A stretch of 61,493 bases of DNA from an uncultured Lachnospiraceae bacterium (GTDB taxonomy: Bacteria; Bacillota; Clostridia; Lachnospirales; Lachnospiraceae), in NCBI GenBank assembly GCA_946631165.1, contig CAMOZZ010000001.1, positions 1 to 61,493 on the forward strand, written 5' to 3'. This document shows positions 41,416 to 51,793 of this stretch, piece by piece. The notes under the pieces were generated by a model. The model was not told the DNA's origin. It saw only the letters and a list, made by a program, of their open reading frames with translations, and made no database searches. Position numbers and translations under genes: made by a program. Every line of letters starts with the position of its first letter. The first letter of the stretch is position 1.

Positions 41416-42729
41416 ATGAGAACTGTTGTAGCGAAATTCGGTGGCTCATCCCTGGCGGATGCAGACCATTTTAAAAGAATCAAAGAGATCGTTGATGCGG
41501 ATCCGGACCGCCGGTTCATCGTGGTATCCGCGCCCGGAAAGCGATTTCCGGAGGATGTGAAAGTGACGGATCTTCTTCTGGCCTGCTACGAAGAGGCCGT
41601 GACCGGGAAGAGCTTTTCCGCCGAACTGACCCGCGTAAAAGAACGGTATCAGGAGATCATTGACGGGCTCAGTCTGGATTTCCCGCTGGATAAGGAGATC
41701 GGCATCCTGAGCAGACACCTCTCCGGGAAGCCGGATCCGGAATATGTCGCCAGCCGCGGAGAGTATCTGAATGCAAGGATCATGGCGGAATATCTCGGAT
41801 TCACCTTCGTTGATCCGGAATGGTGCGTCTGCTTTGACAGCAGCGGAAAGCTGAATGACGCCATGACCAGAAGAGCGGTCAGCGCGTCGCTCCGGCCGCT
41901 GGAACGCGCTGTCATCGCCGGGTTTTACGGCGCAGACAATGACGGGCGGATCAGAACGTTCTCAAGAGGCGGCTCGGATGTCACCGGCAGCCTCGCGGCG
42001 TGCGCACTGCATGCGGATCTGTATGAGAACTGGACGGACGTTTCCGGCCTGATGTCGGCGGATCCGCGCATCGTAAACGATCCGAAATCGGTCGAGTATA
42101 TCAGCTACAGAGAACTCCGTACCTTATCCTATATGGGGGCTTCCGTGCTGCATACCGATTCCGTGCTTCCCGTATCCGATATGGGCATCCCCATTAATAT
42201 AAGGAATACAGAGCATCCCGAACACCCCGGGACCATGATCGTAAGGAAACTGCCGAAAGGACAGAAAAAGGATCCGGTGGTCGGCGTTGCCGGCAGAAAG
42301 GGCATGACGGTCATCCAGGCGGAAAAGGTGATGGCCAGCGACGGTTCCGGCTTTGCCGCCATTATTCTGGATCTTCTGCGGAAACGGCAGCTGCCGTTCG
42401 AACAGTGCCTTACGGGAATCGATACGGTGACGATTGTCATCCGGAGCGATCTTCTGGAACAGTATAAGGGAGATCTGCTGGAAGAGATGCGGGAAACGCT
42501 GCATCCGGACTTTATCTCCATCAAGGAGAATCTGTCGATGATCGCCGTGGTCGGCGAGAAGGGGACCGAAGCCAGCAATGCGAATGTGCAGGTCCTTCAT
42601 GCGCTGACAAACGCCGGCATCGAGATCAGCACGATCAATCAGGGGACCGGAAAACTCAATCTTCTGATCGGGATCCCGGAAGACAAATATGACACCGCGA
42701 TCCGTGCGATCTATGAAACGATGGCCTGA
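41416..42729 (+). CDS. Aspartate kinase
   Basis: 'VVAKFGGSSLAD' is the amino-acid-kinase N-terminus, and C-terminal ACT-like repeats are present. The ATG at 41416 follows GGAGAAAGG. Confidence 0.88.
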   Translation: MRTVVAKFGGSSLADADHFKRIKEIVDADPDRRFIVVSAPGKRFPEDVKVTDLLLACYEEAVTGKSFSAELTRVKERYQEIIDGLSLDFPLDKEIGILSRHLSGKPDPEYVASRGEYLNARIMAEYLGFTFVDPEWCVCFDSSGKLNDAMTRRAVSASLRPLERAVIAGFYGADNDGRIRTFSRGGSDVTGSLAACALHADLYENWTDVSGLMSADPRIVNDPKSVEYISYRELRTLSYMGASVLHTDSVLPVSDMGIPINIRNTEHPEHPGTMIVRKLPKGQKKDPVVGVAGRKGMTVIQAEKVMASDGSGFAAIILDLLRKRQLPFEQCLTGIDTVTIVIRSDLLEQYKGDLLEEMRETLHPDFISIKENLSMIAVVGEKGTEASNANVQVLHALTNAGIEISTINQGTGKLNLLIGIPEDKYDTAIRAIYETMA

Positions 42730-42877
42730 GCAGACAGAAAATACAAAACTGCTTCCGGACTGTTTACTTTACAAGAATTCCTGTTTATGTTATGCTCCAT
42801 GAACAGGAAATGCTACGAAAGATCAAGGCGAAATCAGGGACTGATACCGTCCCGGGATAAAGAACAGGAGTACTGAA

Positions 42878-44317
42878 ATGGCCAAGGATAAAAAACTTGT
42901 GGAAGCCATCACCCCGATGGATGTGGACTTTGCGCAGTGGTATACCGATGTGGTAAAGAAAGCGGAACTTGTCAGCTATTCAAGTGTGAAGGGATGCATG
43001 ATGATGCGTCCTGCCGGATATGCGATCTGGGAAAACATCATGCAGCAGCTGGATGCCAGGTTCAAGGAAACAGGTGTGGAAAATGTCGGCATGCCGCTCT
43101 TCATTCCGGAGAGCCTGCTGCAGAAGGAAAAGGATCATGTGGAAGGCTTTGCGCCGGAGGTCGCGTGGGTAACGCACGGCGGAAACGAAAAGCTCGAGGA
43201 GCGTCTGTGCGTACGTCCTACCTCCGAGACGCTTTTCTGCGAACTGTATAAGAGCATCGTCGGATCTTACAGGGATCTGCCGAAGGTATATAACCAGTGG
43301 GGCACTGTAGTACGCTGGGAGAAGACAACAAGACCGTTCCTGCGTACGACCGAGTTCTGGTGGCAGGAAGGCCACACCGCGCATGCGACAGCGGAAGATG
43401 CCATGGACCGCACCATCCAGATGCTGAATGTCTATGCGGACTTTGTGCAGGATGTCCTGGCGATCCCGGTCCTGAAAGGACAGAAGACCGATAAGGAAAA
43501 ATTCGCCGGCGCGGAGGCCACCTATACGATCGAAGCCATGATGCACGACGGAAAAGCCCTGCAGTCCGGAACGAGCCACTACTTCGGTACCGGATTCGCG
43601 GAAGCCTTCGGCATCCAGTATTCGGATAAGGACAATCAGCTGAAATATGTCCACCAGACATCCTGGGGACTTTCCGCCCGCGTGATCGGCGCGCTCATCA
43701 TGGTCCACGGAGATGACTCCGGTCTGGTGCTGCCGCCCAGGATCGCGCCGACACAGGTCATGGTCATCCCGATCGCCCAGCATAAGCCCGGCGTCCTTGA
43801 AAAAGCAGAAGAACTTAAAGGTATCCTGAAAGCCGCCGGTCTGAAGGTGAAAGTGGATGATTCCGACAAGAGCCCGGGATGGAAATTCTCCGAGCAGGAA
43901 ATGCGCGGTATTCCGGTACGTGTCGAGATCGGCCCCAAGGATATGGAGCAGAATCAGGCTGTCATCGTACGCCGCGATACCAGGGAAAAGAAGATCGTGT
44001 CTCTCGACGCCCTGGCAGAAAACGTGAAGGAGATGCTCGACGCCATGCAGCATGAGATGTTCGAGCGTGCCAAAGAACGTCTGTACAGCAATATCAGAGA
44101 TGCGAAGACGTATGACGAATTTAAGGATCTCATTGCGAACAAGCCCGGTTTTGTCCGTACCATGTGGTGCGGAGACCAGGCATGCGAGATGAAGATCAAG
44201 GAGGATACTTCCGCCACATCCCGCTGCATGCCGTTTGAACAGGAACAGATCTCGGATGTCTGCGTGTGCTGCGGAAAACCTGCGAAGAAGCTCATCTACT
44301 GGGGCAAAGCTTATTAA
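42878..44317 (+). CDS. proS: Proline--tRNA ligase, archaeal/eukaryote-like type lacking the INS editing domain
   Basis: The 479-aa length, the N-terminal '[15 protein letters not shown]' segment and the C-terminal Zn-binding-type 'CGDQAC...CVCCGKPA' segment fit this ProRS type. There is no room for an insertion (INS) domain. Confidence 0.9.
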   Translation: MAKDKKLVEAITPMDVDFAQWYTDVVKKAELVSYSSVKGCMMMRPAGYAIWENIMQQLDARFKETGVENVGMPLFIPESLLQKEKDHVEGFAPEVAWVTHGGNEKLEERLCVRPTSETLFCELYKSIVGSYRDLPKVYNQWGTVVRWEKTTRPFLRTTEFWWQEGHTAHATAEDAMDRTIQMLNVYADFVQDVLAIPVLKGQKTDKEKFAGAEATYTIEAMMHDGKALQSGTSHYFGTGFAEAFGIQYSDKDNQLKYVHQTSWGLSARVIGALIMVHGDDSGLVLPPRIAPTQVMVIPIAQHKPGVLEKAEELKGILKAAGLKVKVDDSDKSPGWKFSEQEMRGIPVRVEIGPKDMEQNQAVIVRRDTREKKIVSLDALAENVKEMLDAMQHEMFERAKERLYSNIRDAKTYDEFKDLIANKPGFVRTMWCGDQACEMKIKEDTSATSRCMPFEQEQISDVCVCCGKPAKKLIYWGKAY

Positions 44318-44341
44318 TATTCAACAGGAGACAGAATTGCC

Positions 44342-45592
44342 ATGTATAAAGATATACCCGATACGATCGGTCTTGTAAGTTTGTATGATCCGGAGGCCGG
44401 CACGCTGATGAATAAAGAACTGGAGCGCCAGCGCAGGAATATCGAGCTGATCGCTTCCGAAAATATCGTATCGCCTGCTGTGCTTGCCGCTATGGGCAGC
44501 GTGCTTACCAACAAGTATGCAGAGGGGTATCCCGGACACAGATATTACGGCGGCTGCCAGTGTGTGGACGAAGTGGAAACACTGGCGATCGAGCGCGCAA
44601 AGAAGCTTTTCGGCGCAGAGTATGCCAATGTGCAGCCTCATGCCGGGGCACCGGCGAACCTGGCTGTTTACGGCGCCATGCTGAAACCCGGCGATAAGGT
44701 CCTGGGCATGAACCTTGCGGAAGGCGGACATCTGACCCACGGATCACCCGTGAATTTTTCCGGCCAGATCTATGACTTTGTGCCTTACGGCGTGACTGCA
44801 GAAGGTTATATTGACTACGATAAGCTGGAGGCACTTGCCAGGAAGGAACGTCCCAAAATGATCGTTTCCGGCGCGTCTGCTTATCCCCGCGTAATTGATT
44901 TTGACCGGATCCGTGAGATCTGCGATATGGTCGGCGCGATCATGATGGTCGATATGGCGCATATCGCGGGACTGGTCGCCGGGGGCGTGCATCCTTCACC
45001 CGTACCGGTGGCGGATATCGTGACCTCCACCACCCATAAGACCCTGCGCGGTCCCAGGGGCGGACTGATCCTGGCAAAAGCGGAGTATGCGAAGCAGATC
45101 GACAAGGCGATCTTCCCCGGCATGCAGGGCGGCCCGCTGGAGCACATCATTGCAGCGAAGGCAGTCTGCTTCGGAGAAGCCCTGAAGCCCGAATTCAAGG
45201 CTTATGCAGCCCAGATCGTGAAGAACGCGGCGGCCATGGCGGACGAGCTTCTGAAAAACGGCGTCAATCTGGTGTCCGGCGGAACAGACAATCACCTTAT
45301 GCTGGCAGATCTGCGCAGCAGCGGCATTACCGGGAAAGAGCTGGAACACAGGCTGGATGAAGTGTATATCACCGTGAACAAGAACGCCATTCCGAATGAT
45401 CCGGAGAAGCCGTTCATTACCAGCGGTGTCCGGATCGGAACGCCTGCGGTAACCACCAGAGGCATGAAGGAAGAAGAATGCAGGCTGATTGCCCGTCTGA
45501 TCGCCCGCACCGCGCATGATTTTGAGAACGCTGCGGATGAGATCCGGGAGGCAGTCATCGATCTCGGCAACAGATTCCCGCTGTACCAGTAA
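44342..45592 (+). CDS. glyA: Serine hydroxymethyltransferase
   Basis: The PLP-lysine motif '[12 protein letters not shown]' and '[16 protein letters not shown]' are present. The gene starts 24 nt after proS. Confidence 0.95.
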   Translation: MYKDIPDTIGLVSLYDPEAGTLMNKELERQRRNIELIASENIVSPAVLAAMGSVLTNKYAEGYPGHRYYGGCQCVDEVETLAIERAKKLFGAEYANVQPHAGAPANLAVYGAMLKPGDKVLGMNLAEGGHLTHGSPVNFSGQIYDFVPYGVTAEGYIDYDKLEALARKERPKMIVSGASAYPRVIDFDRIREICDMVGAIMMVDMAHIAGLVAGGVHPSPVPVADIVTSTTHKTLRGPRGGLILAKAEYAKQIDKAIFPGMQGGPLEHIIAAKAVCFGEALKPEFKAYAAQIVKNAAAMADELLKNGVNLVSGGTDNHLMLADLRSSGITGKELEHRLDEVYITVNKNAIPNDPEKPFITSGVRIGTPAVTTRGMKEEECRLIARLIARTAHDFENAADEIREAVIDLGNRFPLYQ

Positions 45593-45660
45593 GCAGAAAG
45601 ATGGTCCCGGATGAGAGATTTTTTCCGGACTTTGCAAAGATATTTTAATCAATCATAAAA

Positions 45661-45710
45661 AACTGCTGTAAAATCGCAAAATTAGCATGATTTTACGGCA
45701 GTTTATTTTT
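45661..45710 (+). terminator. Rho-independent terminator after glyA
   Basis: 15-bp stem AACTGCTGTAAAATC/GATTTTACGGCAGTT with one G-U pair and a 13-nt loop, followed by TTTATTTTT. Confidence 0.7.
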
Positions 45711-45797
45711 ACAACCTGCAAAAATGTATGATGGGATGTCGGGGAAAAAGATGATAAAATTCAGATACATGTCATAAGTGCTGAAAGGGATCCTGTT

Positions 45798-46640
45798 ATG
45801 AAGCCATATACCGTAACACGTATTAATGATAATACCTGGCAGATCGCCGAGGTCTATCATCTTCCCGCCGCACTTCCCATGTATCTCGTCGTCGGTACGG
45901 AAAAAGCGGCGCTGATCGATACGGGAATCGGAATGGAGAATCTTCGTGAAACGGTGGAAGAGATCACGGATCTGCCGGTCAGCGTGTACAATACCCATGC
46001 GCATCTGGATCATGCGGCGGGCAATCACAGATTTGACCGTGCATATATGCATTTTTCGGAAGAGCAGGCGGCAAGAAATGCGGATGGATTCAGCACTGAC
46101 GCACGCCGGGAATTTGTGGAATTAAAATGCATGTATGATCCCGAACGGGAAGAGATCCGGGAATTTTCCAGAGACCATATGATGGAATATGATCCCGAAT
46201 ACGACATCTTTTATATAGAAGACGGAGATGAGATCGACCTCGGGGGAATCGTCCTGAAGGCGGTCAGCTGTCCGGGACATACGCCGGGAAGCATGGTCTA
46301 TATTGATGAAAAGAACGGGAATGCTTTCTGCGGGGATTCGCTGAATCCCAGAAGCAGCATCGGCATGTTCCCCGGAAGCCCCACGGTCTCCACTTATGTA
46401 AACAGCCTTGAAAGACTTCTGGAACTGACCCCGGATATCGAAAGATATTATGTGGGGCATCGCCTGTATTCCTTTTCCAGGGAAGATGTAAAGGATGTGC
46501 TTGCCTGCGCCAGAGAGATCACGGACGGCGCGGAAGGCGAGCCGTATCCGATGGTAGTCTCAAGACGCGGACCGCTTTGGGGGCGGATCCACTGGCACAA
46601 CGGAAAACGGATCACGTTCCAGCTTGATAATGTACATTAA
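45798..46640 (+). CDS. MBL-fold metallo-hydrolase
   Basis: The 'HAHLDHAAG' (HxHxDH) motif and a later 'CPGHTPGS' segment are present. Confidence 0.85.
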   Translation: MKPYTVTRINDNTWQIAEVYHLPAALPMYLVVGTEKAALIDTGIGMENLRETVEEITDLPVSVYNTHAHLDHAAGNHRFDRAYMHFSEEQAARNADGFSTDARREFVELKCMYDPEREEIREFSRDHMMEYDPEYDIFYIEDGDEIDLGGIVLKAVSCPGHTPGSMVYIDEKNGNAFCGDSLNPRSSIGMFPGSPTVSTYVNSLERLLELTPDIERYYVGHRLYSFSREDVKDVLACAREITDGAEGEPYPMVVSRRGPLWGRIHWHNGKRITFQLDNVH

Positions 46641-46679
46641 CTGCAGCAATGCAGTGATTAATAAAAAGGAGAGAAAGTC

Positions 46680-47168
46680 ATGAAAGTTCTGAAATGGCTG
46701 GATGATAATCTGGAAGCGGCTTTGCTCGTGCTGCTGCTTGCGCTTATCACCTGTATCATGTTCCTGCAGATCGTCCTGACGAATGTATTCCACAATGCAC
46801 TGAACTGGCCGGATGAATTCTGCCGCGTCTGCTTCGTTTATTCTGGCTTCCTGTGCTTTGCATACTGCCAGAAAAAGCGCAACGCGATCAAGATCGATGT
46901 TCTTGTGAACATGCTTCCCGAAGGCGGAAGAAAAGCAATGAACATCCTCGGAGAGGTCCTGCTGTTCATCTGCTATCTGTTCCTGTTTTACGAGTCGTTC
47001 GAGCTGCTGAAGACCACTGCGGCGAACGGATCGAAGACATCCGCTCTGCAGATCCCGCTGCAGTATGAGTATTTCGCGCTTACGCTCGGCATGGGCCTTG
47101 CGGTGTTCCGCTCGATTCAGACGTTTGTAAGGTTCCTGATGGGAAGAAAGGGGGGCAATAAGGAATGA
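46680..47168 (+). CDS. TRAP transporter small permease (DctQ-type)
   Basis: 162 aa with 4 TM segments and the 'WPDEFCR' motif typical of DctQ. An ATGA overlap links it to the large permease. Confidence 0.85.
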   Translation: MKVLKWLDDNLEAALLVLLLALITCIMFLQIVLTNVFHNALNWPDEFCRVCFVYSGFLCFAYCQKKRNAIKIDVLVNMLPEGGRKAMNILGEVLLFICYLFLFYESFELLKTTAANGSKTSALQIPLQYEYFALTLGMGLAVFRSIQTFVRFLMGRKGGNKE

Positions 47169-48454
47169 TCGCAGTAGTAGTTCTTGTCATGGTCGTTCTG
47201 ATCTTCGCCGGTATCCCCATGGCGGTCGGTCTTGGCGCCGCCGCACTGGCTCCCTGGCTCATGGATCATGCTTTCGCAGGTACGCCTATCGTCGTAATGC
47301 GTTCCCTGATCACTTCGTATGACTCCACTACCCTTCTGGCCATCCCGCTTTTCATGCTTTCCGGCGCTGTTATGGCGAAAGGCGGTATTTCCAAGAAGCT
47401 CTTTGATGTTTTCGCACTGTTCGTCGGAAAAAGGACAGCCGGTATCCCGATGGCGGTTATCATCACCTGCCTGTTCTACGGTGCCATTTCCGGTTCCGGT
47501 CCTGCAACGGTTGCCGCTGTTGGCGTCATGTGCATCCCGGTCCTGCTCGAACTCGGTTATGACAAGATCTTTTCTGTTACACTGGTCGCGGTCGCAGGCT
47601 CCCTGGGCGTTATCATCCCGCCCAGTATCCCGATGGTCGCTTACGGTCTGATGACTGGCGTCTCGATCGGCGCCCTGTTCACCGGCGGCGTGCTGCCCGG
47701 CATTCTGATCGCGGTTGCTCTTATGCTCTATGCCTATATTTATTGCAAGAGGCATGGAGAAGATAAGGAGAAGGTAGCTGCCAACCATGCCAAGCTGATG
47801 GAAAAAGGCGTTTTCGGCGTACTGAAGGAAGGCTTCTGGGCGCTGCTCTGCCCCGTGATCATCCTGGGCTCCATCTACGGAGGATTCTGCACCCCTACCG
47901 AATCAGCGTGTATCTCTGTCTGGTATGCAGTGCTTGTCTCTCTGTTTATCTATAAGACCTGCAAACTGTCCGATATCCCGAAGTATCTGCTGGAAGCCGT
48001 CAACAGCTATGCCGGCCTCTGCATGATGCTGGGCGTATCCATGGCATTTGCAAAGACACTGACGCTGCTTCAGGCACCGACGATGCTCGCGAATTTCATC
48101 TCTGCCAGCATCGGAAACAGGTATGTATTCCTGATCGCTATCGTTGTTGCCATGTTCATTATCGGAATGTTCATCGACGGCGGCCCTGCCGTTACGATCC
48201 TTTCCCCGATCCTGCTTCCCGCTGCAGTAGCCCTGGGTGTTGATCCGGTCCACTTCGGTATCATCCTGATCTGCTGCCTGGCAATCGGACTTGTCACACC
48301 GCCTTTCGGCATCAACCTCTTCGTGGGCGCCCCGCTTGTCGAAGAGAAGCCGATGACCGTAGGAAAGGCCGCCATCCCGTGGATCGCCGTATTCATGGTG
48401 GCGCTGCTTATCATCGTATTTGTGCCCGGCCTGTCGCTGTGGCTGTCAAAATAA
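47165..48454 (+). CDS. TRAP transporter large permease (DctM-type)
   Basis: 429 aa, polytopic, with 'LFYGAISGSGPATVAAVG' and 'GVIIPPSIPMV' segments. Confidence 0.9.
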   Translation: MIAVVVLVMVVLIFAGIPMAVGLGAAALAPWLMDHAFAGTPIVVMRSLITSYDSTTLLAIPLFMLSGAVMAKGGISKKLFDVFALFVGKRTAGIPMAVIITCLFYGAISGSGPATVAAVGVMCIPVLLELGYDKIFSVTLVAVAGSLGVIIPPSIPMVAYGLMTGVSIGALFTGGVLPGILIAVALMLYAYIYCKRHGEDKEKVAANHAKLMEKGVFGVLKEGFWALLCPVIILGSIYGGFCTPTESACISVWYAVLVSLFIYKTCKLSDIPKYLLEAVNSYAGLCMMLGVSMAFAKTLTLLQAPTMLANFISASIGNRYVFLIAIVVAMFIIGMFIDGGPAVTILSPILLPAAVALGVDPVHFGIILICCLAIGLVTPPFGINLFVGAPLVEEKPMTVGKAAIPWIAVFMVALLIIVFVPGLSLWLSK

Positions 48455-48560
48455 CAGATCACCGTATTTTGACAGATTGATTTTCAACAAGGTAATTTCG
48501 GCGTAATGCCGTTATACAAAACTGTCCAAAAGGACAAAAAATATCAGGAGGAAACACATT

Positions 48561-49691
48561 ATGAAAAAGATCGTTGCTCTTATGCTCGCTCTTGCCATGA
48601 CAGCTTCTCTGGCTGCCTGCGGATCTTCTTCCGCTCCCGCCGAGACCACTGCTGCCGCTGAAACTGAAGCCGCTGCTGCTGAGACTGAGGCTGCTGCCGC
48701 TGAGACCGAGGCTGCTGAAGCTGCTGCCGATGAGACAGCTGCTGCTGACGCCGGTGAGCTTGTTGCCGATGAAGAAGGCATCACCATCAACATCTGCCAC
48801 GCTTCTGCAGAGGAGACTGTTCTCCATCGTGCCTGCGTAAAGTATGCGGAACTGCTGAACGAGTACTCCGGCGGCGCAATCACCGCTACCGTATATCCCA
48901 ACGGCTCCCTGTTCGGTGTTGCTGAGATGAACGAGGCCATCAAGGATGGTTCCACCCAGGTCATCGCCGGATCTCCCGGTGCAATGCTTTCTACTTCTCT
49001 TGGATTCTTTGAACTGCCCAACACCATCAGCTCCGTAGAGCAGGCTCATGAGGTCATGCAGGACGGACATGAGTTCCGTACCATCCTGAACGGACTGTTT
49101 GATGAAGCCGGCGTACGCCTTCAGGCGATCGAGCCCTGCGATTTCCGTATGCTTACTTCCAACAAGGAAGTGAAGAACTTCTCCGAGATCAACGGCCTCA
49201 AGATCCGTGTTATGGATTCCGAGATCCCTATGAGCTATTGGGCACAGTGGGGCGCACAGCCTACTCCCATTGCATGGCCTGAAGTTTACATGTCCCTGCA
49301 GCAGAACAAGGTTGACGCACAGGAGAATCCTTATGATTCCATCCTTGGCTCCAACCTTCAGGAAGTACAGAAGTACATCATCGACACCCGTCACGTTATG
49401 TTCTACACTGCGTTCATGATGAACAAGGGCTTCTATGAAGCAAGAACCGACAACATGAAGGCGATCATCGACAAGGCTGCCAATGATGCTGCTGCATTCG
49501 CTTATCAGGATGCGCTGGATTCTTCCGCTGCCAACCGTCAGAAACTTGAAGAAGCCGGTATGACATTCATCGAGTTCACACAGGATGACTGGGATCAGAT
49601 GCGTGCGAACGCAACAGAAGCTGATGAGAAGATCAAAGCCTCTATCGGCGAGGATCTGTTCGGACAGCTGATGGGCGCTCTTGGACTGTAA
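48561..49691 (+). CDS. TRAP transporter substrate-binding lipoprotein (DctP-type)
   Basis: The lipobox is 'SLAACGSS', followed by an A/E/T-rich linker and a DctP-like body. An AGGAGG RBS precedes the start. Confidence 0.85.
   Translation: MKKIVALMLALAMTASLAACGSSSAPAETTAAAETEAAAAETEAAAAETEAAEAAADETAAADAGELVADEEGITINICHASAEETVLHRACVKYAELLNEYSGGAITATVYPNGSLFGVAEMNEAIKDGSTQVIAGSPGAMLSTSLGFFELPNTISSVEQAHEVMQDGHEFRTILNGLFDEAGVRLQAIEPCDFRMLTSNKEVKNFSEINGLKIRVMDSEIPMSYWAQWGAQPTPIAWPEVYMSLQQNKVDAQENPYDSILGSNLQEVQKYIIDTRHVMFYTAFMMNKGFYEARTDNMKAIIDKAANDAAAFAYQDALDSSAANRQKLEEAGMTFIEFTQDDWDQMRANATEADEKIKASIGEDLFGQLMGALGL
48651..48713 (+). repeat. Three exact tandem 21-nt (AAAETEA) coding repeats in the substrate-binding-protein linker
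   Basis: Residues 31-51 read AAAETEA three times. The repeats differ only at synonymous positions at the DNA level. Confidence 0.8.
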
Positions 49692-49737
49692 TTGAGTCTG
49701 CGCTTTCGCTGAAAAAACATTTATAACAAAAGGAAAG

Positions 49738-49772
49738 AACCGGCCCGGAGTGATATGCTCCGGGCCGGTTTT
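49738..49772 (+). terminator. Rho-independent terminator (possibly bidirectional)
   Basis: 13-bp perfect stem AACCGGCCCGGAG/CTCCGGGCCGGTT with a 7-nt loop, followed by TTTT, between convergent genes. Confidence 0.75.
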
Positions 49773-49795
49773 GCTGTAAAGCGTTACAGGAAAAA

Positions 49796-50659
49796 TCAGT
49801 GGGTGACATCGATCGGGATATCCCGGTTCTTTTCCCTGTACTCTGAAGGAGAACAGCCGATCTTTTTGGTGAACATTGCCGTGAAATGTGAGGGGTTATC
49901 ATACCCTACGGATTCCGCGATGTCTGTAAGGGGCAGATCACATTTCAGAAGAAGTTCGGAAGCCCAGGTGATCCTTGAAATAATGGCGTAATTGACAGGA
50001 GAAACATGATACGCATTATTGAAGATCCTGCTGATATGCGACTGGCTGATGGAAAAGTGTCTGGAGAGTGATTCCAGCGTGACGCCGACGCCATGGGTAT
50101 TCATGATATACTTCATGATACTGGAAGCTGTTTCATGTTCCTCGATATCATTAAAGGGAGTAATATTCATCAGCATGGGTCTGGTGGTCTCGATCAGACT
50201 TAAAGCTGCCGCCTGAAACGCTGCGTCCGCCCGTCCGCCGTTGCCTTGATGGATCGAGAAGAGGGCATTGAACAGATAACGTACCGTCTCCATGGGATTG
50301 TTCGCGGAATGTAAAAAGCCTTTTTCCTCGAAGAAATTCTGGAGGGGGGATCCATCCTCTTTTTTTCGGAAACGGAGCGTATAGTAATTCGGTGCAGAGG
50401 AAGCATCGACCGTGAGCCGGTGATAAAACATGGGCGGAACCAGGATCACCGAACCGGGGCTGAGTGCGCTGAAGCTTTCATCGGATAAAAGGTACCCGTT
50501 CCCGGAGATAATATAGAACAATTCATACGAATCATGATGAATATGATAGGGATAAGACCACTGTGACAGATTGTCGATATAGGACAGGGTCGTGATCTCG
50601 GGAAATGCGGGATCTTTTAAGGGATTGTCTTCGCTGGTGTTATAATCATAGATCCACAT
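49796..50659 (-). CDS. AraC family transcriptional regulator (cupin sensor plus HTH)
   Basis: The N-terminal cupin segment is 'YPYHIHHDSYELFYIISG'. The C-terminal dual HTH ends in 'FTKKIGCSPSEYR'. Confidence 0.88.
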   Translation of the reverse strand: MWIYDYNTSEDNPLKDPAFPEITTLSYIDNLSQWSYPYHIHHDSYELFYIISGNGYLLSDESFSALSPGSVILVPPMFYHRLTVDASSAPNYYTLRFRKKEDGSPLQNFFEEKGFLHSANNPMETVRYLFNALFSIHQGNGGRADAAFQAAALSLIETTRPMLMNITPFNDIEEHETASSIMKYIMNTHGVGVTLESLSRHFSISQSHISRIFNNAYHVSPVNYAIISRITWASELLLKCDLPLTDIAESVGYDNPSHFTAMFTKKIGCSPSEYREKNRDIPIDVTH

Positions 50660-50670
50660 GGCCTGCTCCT

Positions 50671-51144
50671 TTAAAAGCCTTCCTGTCTGCGTTGTTTCCG
50701 GAGTTCACATCGTTTCAGCGCAGATTCATATTCCAGCTGCTCTGCCTCTGATTCAATGATCAGTTCCGGCACTTCGACCGGATTCCCGTCAGCATCAATC
50801 GCGACCTCTGTCAGATAGGCTCTGTTGATGACATGCCTTGTTCCGTCAGGATCCTCTTTATAAGTGTCTACGCGGACTTCCATCGAAGTGCGTCCGGTAT
50901 ATGTAACGCGGGCGATCAGTACGATCATATCACCGGTCATAGCCGGCGCTTTGAACTGCAGATTGTCGATTGCAGCTGTCGTAATATTGGATTCGGAATG
51001 TCGCATGGCCGCGATTCCGGCGACTTCGTCGATCCATTTCATCAATTCACCGCCAAAAAGGCGTCCGTAGTGATTGACATGGATCGGCCGGATCATATAT
51101 TGCTGTTCGGTATGAGATTCAGCGGATCTTTTTTTTATGCGCAT
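50671..51144 (-). CDS. Acyl-CoA thioesterase (hotdog fold, YciA-like)
   Basis: 'VNHYGRLFGGELMKWIDEVAG' is typical of hotdog acyl-CoA thioesterases. The gene ends 11 nt upstream of the AraC gene. Confidence 0.8.
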   Translation of the reverse strand: MRIKKRSAESHTEQQYMIRPIHVNHYGRLFGGELMKWIDEVAGIAAMRHSESNITTAAIDNLQFKAPAMTGDMIVLIARVTYTGRTSMEVRVDTYKEDPDGTRHVINRAYLTEVAIDADGNPVEVPELIIESEAEQLEYESALKRCELRKQRRQEGF

Positions 51145-51312
51145 AAGATCATTCCTCCGCCGCGATAATACGATTATTATAATAATGTAGCATAATCAGG
51201 AAGAAAATGCAAACGTCTCAGGCTTTCGGACGGTCTCCGGTATACGCTTAATGATTTCATAAGAATATCTTCCTGCTTTTCCATCTTGTCCGTTCCATCG
51301 TATTTTGATAGG

Positions 51313-51347
51313 GTATAAGTGTACTAATGAGGATAGTACACTTATAC
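51313..51347. promoter_or_regulatory. Perfect 14-bp inverted repeat; candidate operator of the YtrA-type GntR repressor
   Basis: GTATAAGTGTACTA (51313-51326) and TAGTACACTTATAC (51334-51347) are separated by 7 nt. The right arm overlaps a -10-like TATACT at 51343-51348. The element lies 36 nt upstream of the GntR ATG. Confidence 0.5.
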
Positions 51348-51382
51348 TGCGAAAAGAACTACGCAGGAGAAAGGAGGCGCGG

Positions 51383-51793
51383 ATGTTTCATATAGATGTC
51401 ATGAGCCGCAGGCCGGTCTATGAGCAGCTTGTGGATGAAGTAGAGCATTATATCCTGCGCGGCGTGCTGCTGCCGGATCAGCAGATGCAGTCTGTTCGGT
51501 CGCTTTCGATGGAACTGGCTGTTAATCCGAATACAGTGCAGAAAGCGTATTCAGAGCTGGACCGCCGCGGAATCGTTTACGCAGTTCCCGGCAGAGGCTG
51601 TTTTATCAGCAGCAGCGCGAGAGAAAGGATTGGAGAACGGATGAGACAGGGACTTGGAAATTTTACCGAACAGGTTTATGAGCTTGCACTTGCGGGCATA
51701 GAAAAAGAAACAGTGATCAGCTGCGTGGAAGACGCGTTTTCACGGAAAGGAGAAAGCAATGATACAGGCAGAGGGCTTGACGAAAAAATTTAA
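51383..51793 (+). CDS. GntR family transcriptional regulator (short YtrA subfamily)
   Basis: The winged HTH is 'SVRSLSMELAVNPNTVQKAYSELDRRGIVYAVPGRGCFI', and the C-terminal region is short. The ATG at 51383 follows AAGGAGG. Confidence 0.85.
   Translation: MFHIDVMSRRPVYEQLVDEVEHYILRGVLLPDQQMQSVRSLSMELAVNPNTVQKAYSELDRRGIVYAVPGRGCFISSSARERIGERMRQGLGNFTEQVYELALAGIEKETVISCVEDAFSRKGESNDTGRGLDEKI

Noticed and set aside
48640-48750. Short tandem DNA repeats that could be mistaken for a CRISPR or VNTR locus. The same applies to 61243-61296 and the CH-x-x-EG repeats at 24193-24282.
   Set aside because: They are in-frame coding repeats of 18-21 nt without spacers, inside well-supported genes. No CRISPR-like repeat-spacer architecture or cas genes are present anywhere in the window.
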